The notes under the pieces are model-generated. The model was given only the letters and a program-made list of their open reading frames with translations. It was not told the origin of the DNA and searched no databases. Below are positions 11,083-20,198 of a stretch of 64,000 nt of DNA, one piece after another. The stretch covers positions 3,008,001 to 3,072,000 of the forward strand of contig CBDFJF010000002.1 of NCBI GenBank assembly GCA_965248265.1, in the 5' to 3' direction. Position 1 is the first letter of the stretch. Each line of letters begins with the position of its first letter. The position numbers and the translations under genes were made by a program. Source of the stretch: Candidatus Latescibacterota bacterium. GTDB lineage: Bacteria; Latescibacterota; UBA2968; UBA8231.

Positions 11083-12348
11083 TTACGCTGGTGCTGGACC
11101 GGTCCCCTTATGTGAACGGTGGAGCGTGATCAGAGGCGCCTCCGGTGGACAGCCAAGGCGGAAGGGGAACCAGTGGCCGACTCCGGCCGAGGTGTAAAGC
11201 TGGCGGTGCCCTTTCGCGTAGTGACCCCATATGTAGCGATCGGGGTACCAGGTCTCGAACAGGCTGCGTCCACCAGCCCCTACCTGGAATCCGTGTGTGT
11301 GCCCTGAGAGCGTCAGGTCGATTCCCAGCGGTGCTGCAAAGTCGAACGCCAGAGAGCGATGACTCAGCAACAACCTGAAGCCACTGCTCGGGGTGTTTTG
11401 CTGGCTCTCGTCCACAAAGCGCTCCAGCCTTGCCAATGAATCTGGCCCCCTCATCCACTGCGGATCATCACATCCACTGATGAACAGGGGGGCAACGTCC
11501 GCCTCCGTGCTCGTTTTTCCAGCCCGCGTAAGAACGGTGAGTCCGTCGTTGACGAGCAGCTGAATCTGCGACCGCTCGAAACACCGAAGCACCTGATTGA
11601 GTCCCCGGAAGTGTTCGTGATTACCGAGGCTCGCAAAAACTCCCGCCGCCGGAGATACCTGTTCGATGATGGTGAGGGCGTCCAGGTACCAGGGCATGTG
11701 GTCACAGATGTCACCGGTGACGACAATCAGGTCTGGTTCAAGCTCGGAGGTGTGCTGCGCCAGTCGCTCCAGGTCTTGCCGGTCCAAGTACGGGCCCAGA
11801 TGAATGTCGCTCAGATGGAGAATCCTGAATCCATCCAGGGGTCCGGCGAGGTCCGGATAGGCGAGCTCAACAGGAACGATGCGGGCAGGCGTGGAGGAGC
11901 GTACCAGACCATACCCTGCTGTGGCGCCAGTCAACATTGGCACCGTTGCCAACGTCGAGTGAAGGAAGCGGCGCCGGCTGGTCCTCGCCCCGACCGTTCT
12001 GGAATCGGTGGCAACACCAGACTGATACCGTACTGCCCGATGGATCGCATCCGCGATCAACTCCACGCCGCGTACCACGCTGGTAAAGGCCAGAGCGATC
12101 AGCAAGCTCATCAGAAGTACCAAAATGCTTGCGAGGCTGCCGGCACCCAGCGTGGTCATGCCAGCAAATTGGTAGCTGTGTCCCAGGCTCCATAGGGCGC
12201 CAGCTATCAGCGCGGCGACGGGGACCCATTTCACGATTCGGCGTACCCAATGCCGCTTCCACCATGGGCGGTGGAGGGTTACAAGCAGAATGAGGTCCAG
12301 ACCGTACAGGAGGGTGAATAGCAGCGCTACAAAAAGGAAGATCCGCAT
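11083..12348 (-). CDS. Membrane-anchored metallophosphoesterase (YkuE/YaeI-like)
   Basis: SDIH, TGD, GNHE, LSH, SGHTHG calcineurin-like motifs after N-terminal TM helices. Confidence 0.9.
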   Translation of the reverse strand: MRIFLFVALLFTLLYGLDLILLVTLHRPWWKRHWVRRIVKWVPVAALIAGALWSLGHSYQFAGMTTLGAGSLASILVLLMSLLIALAFTSVVRGVELIADAIHRAVRYQSGVATDSRTVGARTSRRRFLHSTLATVPMLTGATAGYGLVRSSTPARIVPVELAYPDLAGPLDGFRILHLSDIHLGPYLDRQDLERLAQHTSELEPDLIVVTGDICDHMPWYLDALTIIEQVSPAAGVFASLGNHEHFRGLNQVLRCFERSQIQLLVNDGLTVLTRAGKTSTEADVAPLFISGCDDPQWMRGPDSLARLERFVDESQQNTPSSGFRLLLSHRSLAFDFAAPLGIDLTLSGHTHGFQVGAGGRSLFETWYPDRYIWGHYAKGHRQLYTSAGVGHWFPFRLGCPPEAPLITLHRSHKGTGPAPA

Positions 12349-12369
12349 GTAAGATGGACGCTCGGGAGG

Positions 12370-15300
12370 CTAGTGAGATTCCCCGGCACTGGATTTTTTC
12401 ATGGCCCAGACCCAGGAACCGAGGGTCAAGACCAAGGTAGCGCTCACCAGGATCCAGCCATGGATCTGGTATTCGAGCGCCGATTGAGTCAGCATCTGGT
12501 AGCCGCTTTCCAGGCTTCCCTTGAACAATCCGAAGAAGGCATAGGCCAGTATGTTGTCGCGCAGCAGGAAGATGATGACGAGGGCCATGAAGCCACTACT
12601 CAGCAGGGACATCGACAACGAGGCAGCGAATTCGCCGCCTGTCTGAACGGAAGCCCCCGCGCCACATGCTGACAGCACCAGTACGGCGGTCACGATGAGG
12701 GAAGGGCGCTTGATCACCCTCAGTGCATAGTAGATGATGACGCCCAGTCCGAAGGGAAACAAGAAAGCCAGTAACAACGCCCCACTCACCCCGGCCCAGG
12801 AAGGCAGCAGGCTGTCCAACCCAGCGGGAATCGGAAACCCACCAAACCCGAAATGCTGAGGATAGCTGTTGACGACGAGCAGTTTCACACGATCCACGGC
12901 CAGTCCGGCGAGCCAGGCGATACCAGCGATCCAGACAGCATCCCGCAGGTAGCGCCAACGCTCCTGCCGGATTCGCTGGAGACAGTCGGGGTAGAGGGCG
13001 GTAATCATGCCGATGGCACCGACCAGGCCGATACCGGTAAACAGCATGCCCAAAAATGTGAGCACGCACCTCGTGAGCAAGTACATTCCCTCTGGTTCTT
13101 GCGTGTCATAGCCGGCGTAAAAGGTGGTCAGGTTGTTGAGAAAAACAGTGAGAACGACTACCGCTGCCACGATACTGATGGCGACTGGATCTCTCCATCT
13201 AATGCTGCCACGGCGTATTTGCCTGATGAGGAGCCAGAGCAGATGCAGAATGACGGCAATACTCAGCGTTGGTCCTATCCAGCCGAGTACGGTGCGTAAG
13301 GTGCTGCTTTCGCGACGCTGGCGCAGCCACTCTTCCGGCAGCTTTATATAGCGACGCAGCGATACCGGCTGATCTCCAGCAATGCCAACGACGCAGCGAA
13401 AGAGCGATTCGTCGAGGTTGCGGCGATCTCCGGAACGGGCCTCGAATTCAAAGCTGTGATCGCGCCGAGCCAACAGCTTCTCCGAGGAGGCTTCCTTGAG
13501 TTCAAACGAGGCCGGATCCAGGCCGAACTGCCGCAGGTGGCGTTCGGCGATGACCCGGGCGCTGTCCTCATTCAGATCGGCGCCGGCTTCTTCTTCTTCC
13601 AACAGATGAGTGATCGCGTAGACGGATCCGTTCCGGACGTCGACGAACACGTGGTACTCTTCCTTCTGCAGTGGCTCAAAGAATCGGACCCGCCACAAAC
13701 AAGGGCTCAAGTCCTCGCTGTAGAGCCGGTTTACCTCCGCCATTCCCGCCCGCTCCATGCGGTACCTGCTGGCGTCACCGTCGAGTTGTTGATGTTGAGA
13801 GACGACGGTCTGATACGTCGCGGCGTCGAACGCTTTGGAGGCCAGATAGTCGAGTGCGATCTGCTCGGCCTGGTTCGCACTCACGCTGATGTCGAAGTCC
13901 GGTAACGGCTCCTCCGATTCGACAAGGAAGACGGACAGGAGTGCTGCTGCTACACCGCCGATGATGATGAGCCTTTTGGTTTTAAGGGGTCGGTAGCGGA
14001 CCTCGGGTACGGCCTCGGACAGCAGTGCTTCGGGACTGAGGCCCCGATCCACCGGTTGTCCGCTTGGAGCAATGGCGGGAGAATCCTCGCTGTTGAGCAG
14101 TGATGTAGGGTCCACGAAGAATCGGTGCCGCACATAGAGCGCGATGGCGACCACCAGAGGTAGCAACATGATTCCGACGGATATGGCCGCGGATACCACG
14201 AAGTAACTGTTCGACGAGCGCAACAGCACCATCGCTGTCAGCAGCGCGTCGATGGTATAATGCCAGACCAGGGCAGGCAGCAGTCCCCAACGCAATACCA
14301 CGTACCCGAACACGATGCCGACAAGGCCGAGTTCGATGCCGCGGATGTAGAATGGTTGCTGTGGATAGTTGGCGTGCGCGAAGCCCCACACCAGCGCCGG
14401 AATCACAACGGCCAGCCAGCGCCTTTTCAGGAAGCGCTGCAGAAAGGGGATGGCAAAGGCCCTCGAGGTGAACTCCTCGGATACAGCCGGCATGAACCCG
14501 ATGAGCAGGACGACGACCCATGGGATGTGGGTGTTCACCATTTCGGAGTAGGGAATGTCGGCCGGGCTCCAGGCTCCGAGCTTATCGGCAGCCAGATAGA
14601 AAAGCGCCTGATAGGCGACGAAAACGGCGGTCAGCGTCAGGCCGATGATGGTGCCCAGCAGAAAACGCTTGGTGCGGATGCCATCCGCAAGGAACTGCTC
14701 CGAGAGACTGATCTGTTGCGCGAAGCCACGGCGGTACTCAGGTTCCGCGCCCGCCGTGAGCACGGCTATGTACAGAGCGGACATGAAGGCGACGAGAACT
14801 CCCCACAGCAGCTTATCGGTGAGGAAGCTGCCATACGTCTCGGTAGTGTCGAAGTCGTACTCCGTCAACGGCAAGATGTTGAGCTGAGCCAGCAACGTCA
14901 GGACAAAAGCCGCGGACGCGAAAACGCCAACCGTTTTCCAACGGATGTTGTCTCGCCGGATGTTCATGACGATGAGGACGAGCATGGCGATCCAGATGAA
15001 GGCCATCAGTGTGTGGGCCACCAATCCTGTCGCGTCGTTGGCGGAACGCAGTTCCCGGTATTCCCGCTGCCAGGCTTCGGGCACCTTGAGGAACTCGCCG
15101 TAATTGCTGACAAGATCGCCCTGCACACCGACCCGAAAGCGGTAGGTCGCCTCCGCGATTTCGAAGGCCTTCAATTTCCAGGTGAAGGTGTGATCGGCAC
15201 GGCCGGGGCGTTGTGTCGTGACCGCCTCGACGAATTCGAGCGTGGCGAGGTCTCGCTGCATCGAGTGCTGGAGGAATTGCTCGGCCGCTTGCCGGGCCGT

Positions 15301-15744
15301 GTTTTGCTCTAGAAACGCACCCTTCTCTTCTTCGTCGATGAGATGCGCGAATCCGACCAGATCTCCCGTCGTCGTGTACTCGACGCGGAACTCTTCCTTT
15401 TGCAGTTCCTTCGCCCAGCGATTACTCCAGCGCCACAAGCGCACCGGATTGCCGATGACCTGTGTGGCCCCCTCGAGGCGCAGTTCGCGTTCAAGAAAGG
15501 TCTTTGCCTGATTATCGTATTCGAAGATGCCGCTGTGTCGGTATCCCTCCAGGTTGAAGCCTCGATGACGCAGAAAGGACTGCCCCTTGTCGCGGGCTTC
15601 GTCCCGGGTGATGCGAAAATCTATGGTTGCCTCGGGAAAAGCGGCATAGAAATAGTGAGTACCAATCAGCAGGCTCACGGCGGTGATACCGATGCAAACG
15701 GCAATCAGCCAGAGGTCCTTCTGTTGAAGGCGCTGTTCCATCAA
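12370..15744 (-). CDS. Large CPBP (CAAX/Abi) family intramembrane metalloprotease with duplicated extracytoplasmic domain
   Basis: SEEFTSR, WGFAH, LVWHYTID CPBP motifs; two similar soluble modules (LQKEE, EEE.GA.L, DH.F, K.PE.W). Confidence 0.85.
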   Translation of the reverse strand: MMEQRLQQKDLWLIAVCIGITAVSLLIGTHYFYAAFPEATIDFRITRDEARDKGQSFLRHRGFNLEGYRHSGIFEYDNQAKTFLERELRLEGATQVIGNPVRLWRWSNRWAKELQKEEFRVEYTTTGDLVGFAHLIDEEEKGAFLEQNTARQAAEQFLQHSMQRDLATLEFVEAVTTQRPGRADHTFTWKLKAFEIAEATYRFRVGVQGDLVSNYGEFLKVPEAWQREYRELRSANDATGLVAHTLMAFIWIAMLVLIVMNIRRDNIRWKTVGVFASAAFVLTLLAQLNILPLTEYDFDTTETYGSFLTDKLLWGVLVAFMSALYIAVLTAGAEPEYRRGFAQQISLSEQFLADGIRTKRFLLGTIIGLTLTAVFVAYQALFYLAADKLGAWSPADIPYSEMVNTHIPWVVVLLIGFMPAVSEEFTSRAFAIPFLQRFLKRRWLAVVIPALVWGFAHANYPQQPFYIRGIELGLVGIVFGYVVLRWGLLPALVWHYTIDALLTAMVLLRSSNSYFVVSAAISVGIMLLPLVVAIALYVRHRFFVDPTSLLNSEDSPAIAPSGQPVDRGLSPEALLSEAVPEVRYRPLKTKRLIIIGGVAAALLSVFLVESEEPLPDFDISVSANQAEQIALDYLASKAFDAATYQTVVSQHQQLDGDASRYRMERAGMAEVNRLYSEDLSPCLWRVRFFEPLQKEEYHVFVDVRNGSVYAITHLLEEEEAGADLNEDSARVIAERHLRQFGLDPASFELKEASSEKLLARRDHSFEFEARSGDRRNLDESLFRCVVGIAGDQPVSLRRYIKLPEEWLRQRRESSTLRTVLGWIGPTLSIAVILHLLWLLIRQIRRGSIRWRDPVAISIVAAVVVLTVFLNNLTTFYAGYDTQEPEGMYLLTRCVLTFLGMLFTGIGLVGAIGMITALYPDCLQRIRQERWRYLRDAVWIAGIAWLAGLAVDRVKLLVVNSYPQHFGFGGFPIPAGLDSLLPSWAGVSGALLLAFLFPFGLGVIIYYALRVIKRPSLIVTAVLVLSACGAGASVQTGGEFAASLSMSLLSSGFMALVIIFLLRDNILAYAFFGLFKGSLESGYQMLTQSALEYQIHGWILVSATLVLTLGSWVWAMKKSSAGESH

Positions 15745-15929
15745 ATGATCTGAGTCAGCAGGTTTGGATATGCCGCGGTGACGCCGTCTGGAAGCGCACT
15801 GGGTATGCAGACGACAGGGCCTAGGTCGATGCGATCACGCGGGGATACAATAACATATCTGGACCCGCGAGGGAACGGTCAGAAGGGTCCAGCGGTGCTT
15901 GCGGAGAGTTGCTGAAGGAGTGGCTGCTC

Positions 15930-16100
15930 TCAGGCAACCAGGTCGATCTGGCCTCCGGTGCCGGAAGGGGATGGGGCCACGGACTGTATCAACGAGAGGG
16001 CAATGCTGCGCTGCGCCTCCAGTGCCTTGTCCAGCACGGCCACGGATTGCGTGGCCTGGAGGCGCTGTGCATTCAGAGCCGAAGCGGTGTCGATGATCAT
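15930..16100 (-). CDS. YjfB-like small protein
   Basis: SVAVLDKALEAQ..A..LI....G.G..IDL.A pattern; ATG at 16100. Confidence 0.7.
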   Translation of the reverse strand: MIIDTASALNAQRLQATQSVAVLDKALEAQRSIALSLIQSVAPSPSGTGGQIDLVA

Positions 16101-16245
16101 GGAGGTCAGGTCGCCGCCCATGTAGATGATCTCGCTATTGTTTTTGATCAGGCTATCGCTGTTTTATTTGCGATTACGTCAACTGAATATCACATTTTCA
16201 GGCCGGTTGCACAAATCGAATCCACTGATTGCAGGGGAGATTGAG

Positions 16246-16962
16246 ATGACGCCGATTGACTACGGTCGCTCGTTTACTATCGGTACCATTGCTTCCAACG
16301 AGTGCCGGTTCTGGATCGAGTCGCGGTTGCGGTTTATCGACGAGCAAGAGGGGATTGTAGAAGACTACCTGCAAGGTGCCTCCTGCAAGTCGGAGTTCAC
16401 GTTTGTAGCTGCTGATCTTTTTCAGCAAGATAACTACGATTTCCTGCCCGTATTCGGCTCTGAACTCGGGATCTATTTCAGACGCAAGGCGTATCGAAAT
16501 GAAAACTACAAGACCTATGTGCCTAACTATGCGATGTTTGGCGGTGTCACCAAGCATCTGGTCGAAGCAGGGCATGCACGCGAGCTGGTGACGAACGAGC
16601 AAGTGCGGGAGGCCACTTACCGGATGTCCCCGATCGTCGCGCAGGTCGAGATCGCCAACCCTGACACTGGATTGCGAGCCATCATGGAGTTTCCGGTCAA
16701 AACCATGAACACGGAAAGAGAAGGGGACAACTATCAGGTCGACACCGGCCCCTTGGTCTTTCCGGACTTGAGCCACCGAGTGAAGCGTCGGGTCGAGTCG
16801 CTGTCACTGGCTTTCGTCGCGTTCAATTCTCCCCATTTCGCCGATTTCGTCCTGGAGAAACCGACAGAGATCACTCCGGACTCAGGCGAGGCCAGTTGCG
16901 AGGTGCATCACTTTTCGGAGTTGAGATCGTTGGGGAGTGTGAATAGGCTTTTCGAGCTTTGA
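16246..16962 (+). CDS. Hypothetical protein
   Basis: Protein-like ORF; ATG at 16246 after GGGGAG; no family recognised. Confidence 0.7.
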   Translation: MTPIDYGRSFTIGTIASNECRFWIESRLRFIDEQEGIVEDYLQGASCKSEFTFVAADLFQQDNYDFLPVFGSELGIYFRRKAYRNENYKTYVPNYAMFGGVTKHLVEAGHARELVTNEQVREATYRMSPIVAQVEIANPDTGLRAIMEFPVKTMNTEREGDNYQVDTGPLVFPDLSHRVKRRVESLSLAFVAFNSPHFADFVLEKPTEITPDSGEASCEVHHFSELRSLGSVNRLFEL

Positions 16963-16996
16963 GGGCAGTCAGACCCTAAAAACCTGCGAGGTTGAT

Positions 16997-17722
16997 GTGG
17001 ATCTTTTCGTCGGCACCAGTGGCTACAACTACAAGGAGTGGAAGGGTCCATTCTATCCCGAGCGTTTCGCGGATAAGGAGATGCTCGGATTCTACAGTGG
17101 GCACTTCAACAGCGTCGAGATCAACAACACCTTCTATCGCGTGCCCAAGCCTGAAGTCGTCGCATCGTGGGCTGAGCAGGTTCACCCGGCCTTCCGCTTT
17201 GTGCTCAAGGCGACAAGACGGATAACCCATCTCAAGAGGCTCAAGGGCGTCGAAGAGGAGGTCGAGTACTTTCTCTCGGTCTCCTCCCACCTTGGTGAGC
17301 GCATGGGCGCGTTGCTGTTTCAGCTGCCACCTACCTCAAAGAAAGACATCGAGCGCCTGACGACATTTGTAGGGTTGCTGCCAGAGGGGACGCGAGTGGC
17401 CATGGAGTTTCGTCACGACAGCTGGTTCGACGATGAGGTCTTCGAATGTCTGCGTGCCCGGGACGTCGCCTTGTGTTTCGCGCATGAAGATGGTGACGTC
17501 GCCGAGGATACGGACCGCAAGTTCGTGAGTACGTCGACGTGGGGGTATATGCGCCTGCGAGGCAGTGACTACACGCCCGCTGAGATGAACATGTGGTCGG
17601 CGAAGGCACATGCCCAGGATTGGCAGCGAGCCTTCGTTTTCTTCAAGCACGAGTCCGAAGGATTGGGTCCCAAACTGGCGACCAGCTTCATCGAAGCGTC
17701 ATCTGAGGCTGGCGGGGCTTGA
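16997..17722 (+). CDS. DUF72 family protein
   Basis: GTSGY..W.G.FYP, VEINNTFY, LLFQLPP, EFRHDSW, Y.RLR. Confidence 0.92.
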   Translation: MDLFVGTSGYNYKEWKGPFYPERFADKEMLGFYSGHFNSVEINNTFYRVPKPEVVASWAEQVHPAFRFVLKATRRITHLKRLKGVEEEVEYFLSVSSHLGERMGALLFQLPPTSKKDIERLTTFVGLLPEGTRVAMEFRHDSWFDDEVFECLRARDVALCFAHEDGDVAEDTDRKFVSTSTWGYMRLRGSDYTPAEMNMWSAKAHAQDWQRAFVFFKHESEGLGPKLATSFIEASSEAGGA

Positions 17723-18255
17723 AGAGGAAAATCGTCATCGTCGGCTATCGCGCTTCGGGCAAGTCCACCCTGGGCGGCATACTGGCCAGACGTTTGGAGT
17801 GGCCGCTGCTGGATATCGATCGCGGCATCGAGGAACGCATCGGTGGTACCAACCTGGCTGATTATTATCTACGGGAGGGCGAGGAGGGCTTCCGGCCGGT
17901 GGAAACCGAAGTCGTGATCGAGATGTGCTCGAAGCAGGAGTGTGTCATCTCATTCGGTGCCGGCACCTTGCAAACCCCGGCCAACCGGGAGCATGCCTGT
18001 CGTGACGCCTTCGTCGTCTACTTGAAGACAACGGCGGAGGAGTTGTGGCGGCGCATGGGAGCGGATCCCAACAGTGCCACAACCAGGCCTAATCTCGCAG
18101 GAGGTGGGCTTAGCGAGGTGATCGAGAAACTTACTGAGCGCGAGCCGGTGTACGAGCAGTGTGCCGATCTTGTCGTGGATGCCACAGAGCCGACGGATGT
18201 TCTTGCCGGCCAGGTAATCCGGGCATTCGAAGATTGGTCTCATCGTTCCAGGTGA
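17719..18255 (+). CDS. aroK: Shikimate kinase
   Basis: [10 protein letters not shown]-loop, D.D, GEEGFR..E, RP.L, R...Y. Confidence 0.88.
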   Translation: MKRKIVIVGYRASGKSTLGGILARRLEWPLLDIDRGIEERIGGTNLADYYLREGEEGFRPVETEVVIEMCSKQECVISFGAGTLQTPANREHACRDAFVVYLKTTAEELWRRMGADPNSATTRPNLAGGGLSEVIEKLTEREPVYEQCADLVVDATEPTDVLAGQVIRAFEDWSHRSR

Positions 18256-18603
18256 ATGTCACCAAAATCAAGGAAGCGCTCCCAGTCGTAGTCGGTGACA
18301 TCGTGTCCACCGGGACGCAAATGGTGGCCGATCCTGCTCGCGCGCGGCTGCCCGATGACTGGCTGATCTACCTCTGGCGTCTCCACGTCTTGGGAAAGGC
18401 CCTCCGTGCCCAATAATTCGTAGACAGGCGATGCGTGTACGGCGCCGAGGTACTCCCAACGCGGATCGGACCACAGGTCCTCGGCGGCGCTTGATCCAAT
18501 CCTCCGCCTTGCTCACTCTACTGCCGTCCCGGAACATGAGCACGTCGGGCAGGATACCGGGTCCAGCAAGGGCTTCATCGTAGTTTGCTGGGGGCAGGGG
18601 CAA
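18240..18603 (-). pseudogene. CE15 glucuronoyl-esterase-like gene with large internal deletion
   Basis: N-terminus ANYDEA..LPDVL..W..RR joined out of frame at about 18485 to C-terminus [41 protein letters not shown] (stop 18240-18242). Confidence 0.75.
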
Positions 18604-18721
18604 TTCGGTCCTCCTGTTCGGTGGTTAAGATCCGGGTTCAAACCTACGTCTGCGGAGAAGCCGGGGCGAGTTCGGATTTGATCCATCAACCAACATATCC
18701 AATCTGCCAGGGAGTTTCCCG

Positions 18722-19606
18722 ATGAACAAGGAGCAGGTCGAACCAGTTCTCGTCGTCGACAAACCCGCCATCGTCGGCGAGGGGTCTCTATGGGATGCTC
18801 AGAGCAAGGTCCTCTACTGGGTAGATATCTTGAGTCACGAGCTCTACATCTACGATCCCGCCAGCGGTGAGAATCGCACCGTCCTCACCTGTCAATCCAT
18901 AGGCACCGTGGTGCCACGGAGGCGAGGTGGGGTGGCTGTGGCGCTGCATAATGGGTTCGCCACAATCGACCTGAGCGCCGATAAGATCACGCCGTTAGCG
19001 GATCCAGAGCGCATGATCCCGGCGAATCGTTTCAATGATGGCAAGTGCGACCCGGCGGGTCGGTTCTGGGCGGGCACGATGGAATTCAACGGTGAGGCCA
19101 ATCGTGGTGCGCTGTATTGCCTAGAGATCGATCAAAGCGTGAAGAAGAAGATTGAACCGGTCACCATTTCGAACGGAATCGTCTGGACCGCGGACCACAA
19201 GACGATGTATTACGTGGATACCGCACTCAATTCGGTGCGGGCATACGACTACGAAATCGACAGTGGTGATATAACCAACGAGAGAGTCGTCATCGAAAAC
19301 GAGGGGGAGGGACACTTCGACGGCATGTCCATCGACGCCGAAGGCATGCTGTGGATTGCGTTGTTTCAGGGGGCGGGGGTCAAGCGTTACGATCCGAACT
19401 CTGGAGTACTGCTGCGGGATATCGGTTTGCCTATGTCGCAGGTGACATCGTGTGCTTTTGGCGGTGAAAACCTGGATGAGCTCTACATCACATCCGCGGC
19501 GATCAATCTGGATACATCCGCCATGGCGGAACAACCTCTTGCCGGATCGCTCGTCAAGATCGATCCGGGTGTGCAGGGCGTCGAGGCTTATGCCTACGGT
19601 GGGTGA
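18722..19606 (+). CDS. SMP-30/gluconolactonase/LRE family protein
   Basis: GEGSLWD, RFNDGKCDPAGRFWAGTM, SNG, DGM.ID, TSCAFGG. Confidence 0.93.
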   Translation: MNKEQVEPVLVVDKPAIVGEGSLWDAQSKVLYWVDILSHELYIYDPASGENRTVLTCQSIGTVVPRRRGGVAVALHNGFATIDLSADKITPLADPERMIPANRFNDGKCDPAGRFWAGTMEFNGEANRGALYCLEIDQSVKKKIEPVTISNGIVWTADHKTMYYVDTALNSVRAYDYEIDSGDITNERVVIENEGEGHFDGMSIDAEGMLWIALFQGAGVKRYDPNSGVLLRDIGLPMSQVTSCAFGGENLDELYITSAAINLDTSAMAEQPLAGSLVKIDPGVQGVEAYAYGG

Positions 19607-19614
19607 TGCCCCCG

Positions 19615-20198
19615 TCAGCTTTCGGGATTCCGCCTGTCTTCGAAGACGATGGAAATCCTGGTACCAGCTGATCGATCAAGGTCGATGCTTCCCTTGAGTT
19701 GTCCGACCAAAGCACTGACGAGCTGCAGGCCGAGCGTCGAGGGCTGCTTCAGGTCAAGATCGGAAGGGATACAGCCCCATCATCGCTGACGGTGAGTTCG
19801 AGGCGGTCGTCACCGACACGTTTAAGGTGAACGGAGATCCTCCCCTCGTTTCCATTGTACACACTGCGGCCGTCGATGAGCACGAGGAGCTTGTTGGCGA
19901 ACAGGCCGGCAAATCCGCGTGCGGTGACGTTCCACTTGTTGGCGTCGACGACACCTACTTGAAGGCCGGGGACAAGCCGCAGGGCTTCGGGGATCGAGCG
20001 AACGCCAGAGCGGCGCAGATCATCAGAGGTGATGACGGCGACGGCCGCCGCACTTTCCGAGATCGGTCTCGGCTTCCGCGATTGGAGAGAGACCTCGATA
20101 TCCATGAGTTCTTCCAGACTCATGTGAGCGAGATCGTCGGTAGCTCCAGCCGGAGCGGCCAGCAGGAACGCGAAGGCCAAGAGCAGTATAGCGTGCAT
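19615..20198 (-). pseudogene. Chimeric remnant: TonB-dependent receptor plug N-terminus fused to a sensor kinase HATPase C-terminus
   Basis: Signal peptide + MSLEELMDIEV..EALRLVPG..ARGF..NKLLVLIDGRSVY, then GRISVHL..LTVSDDG, and after a frameshift STLGLQLV..L..QL.G. Confidence 0.75.
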
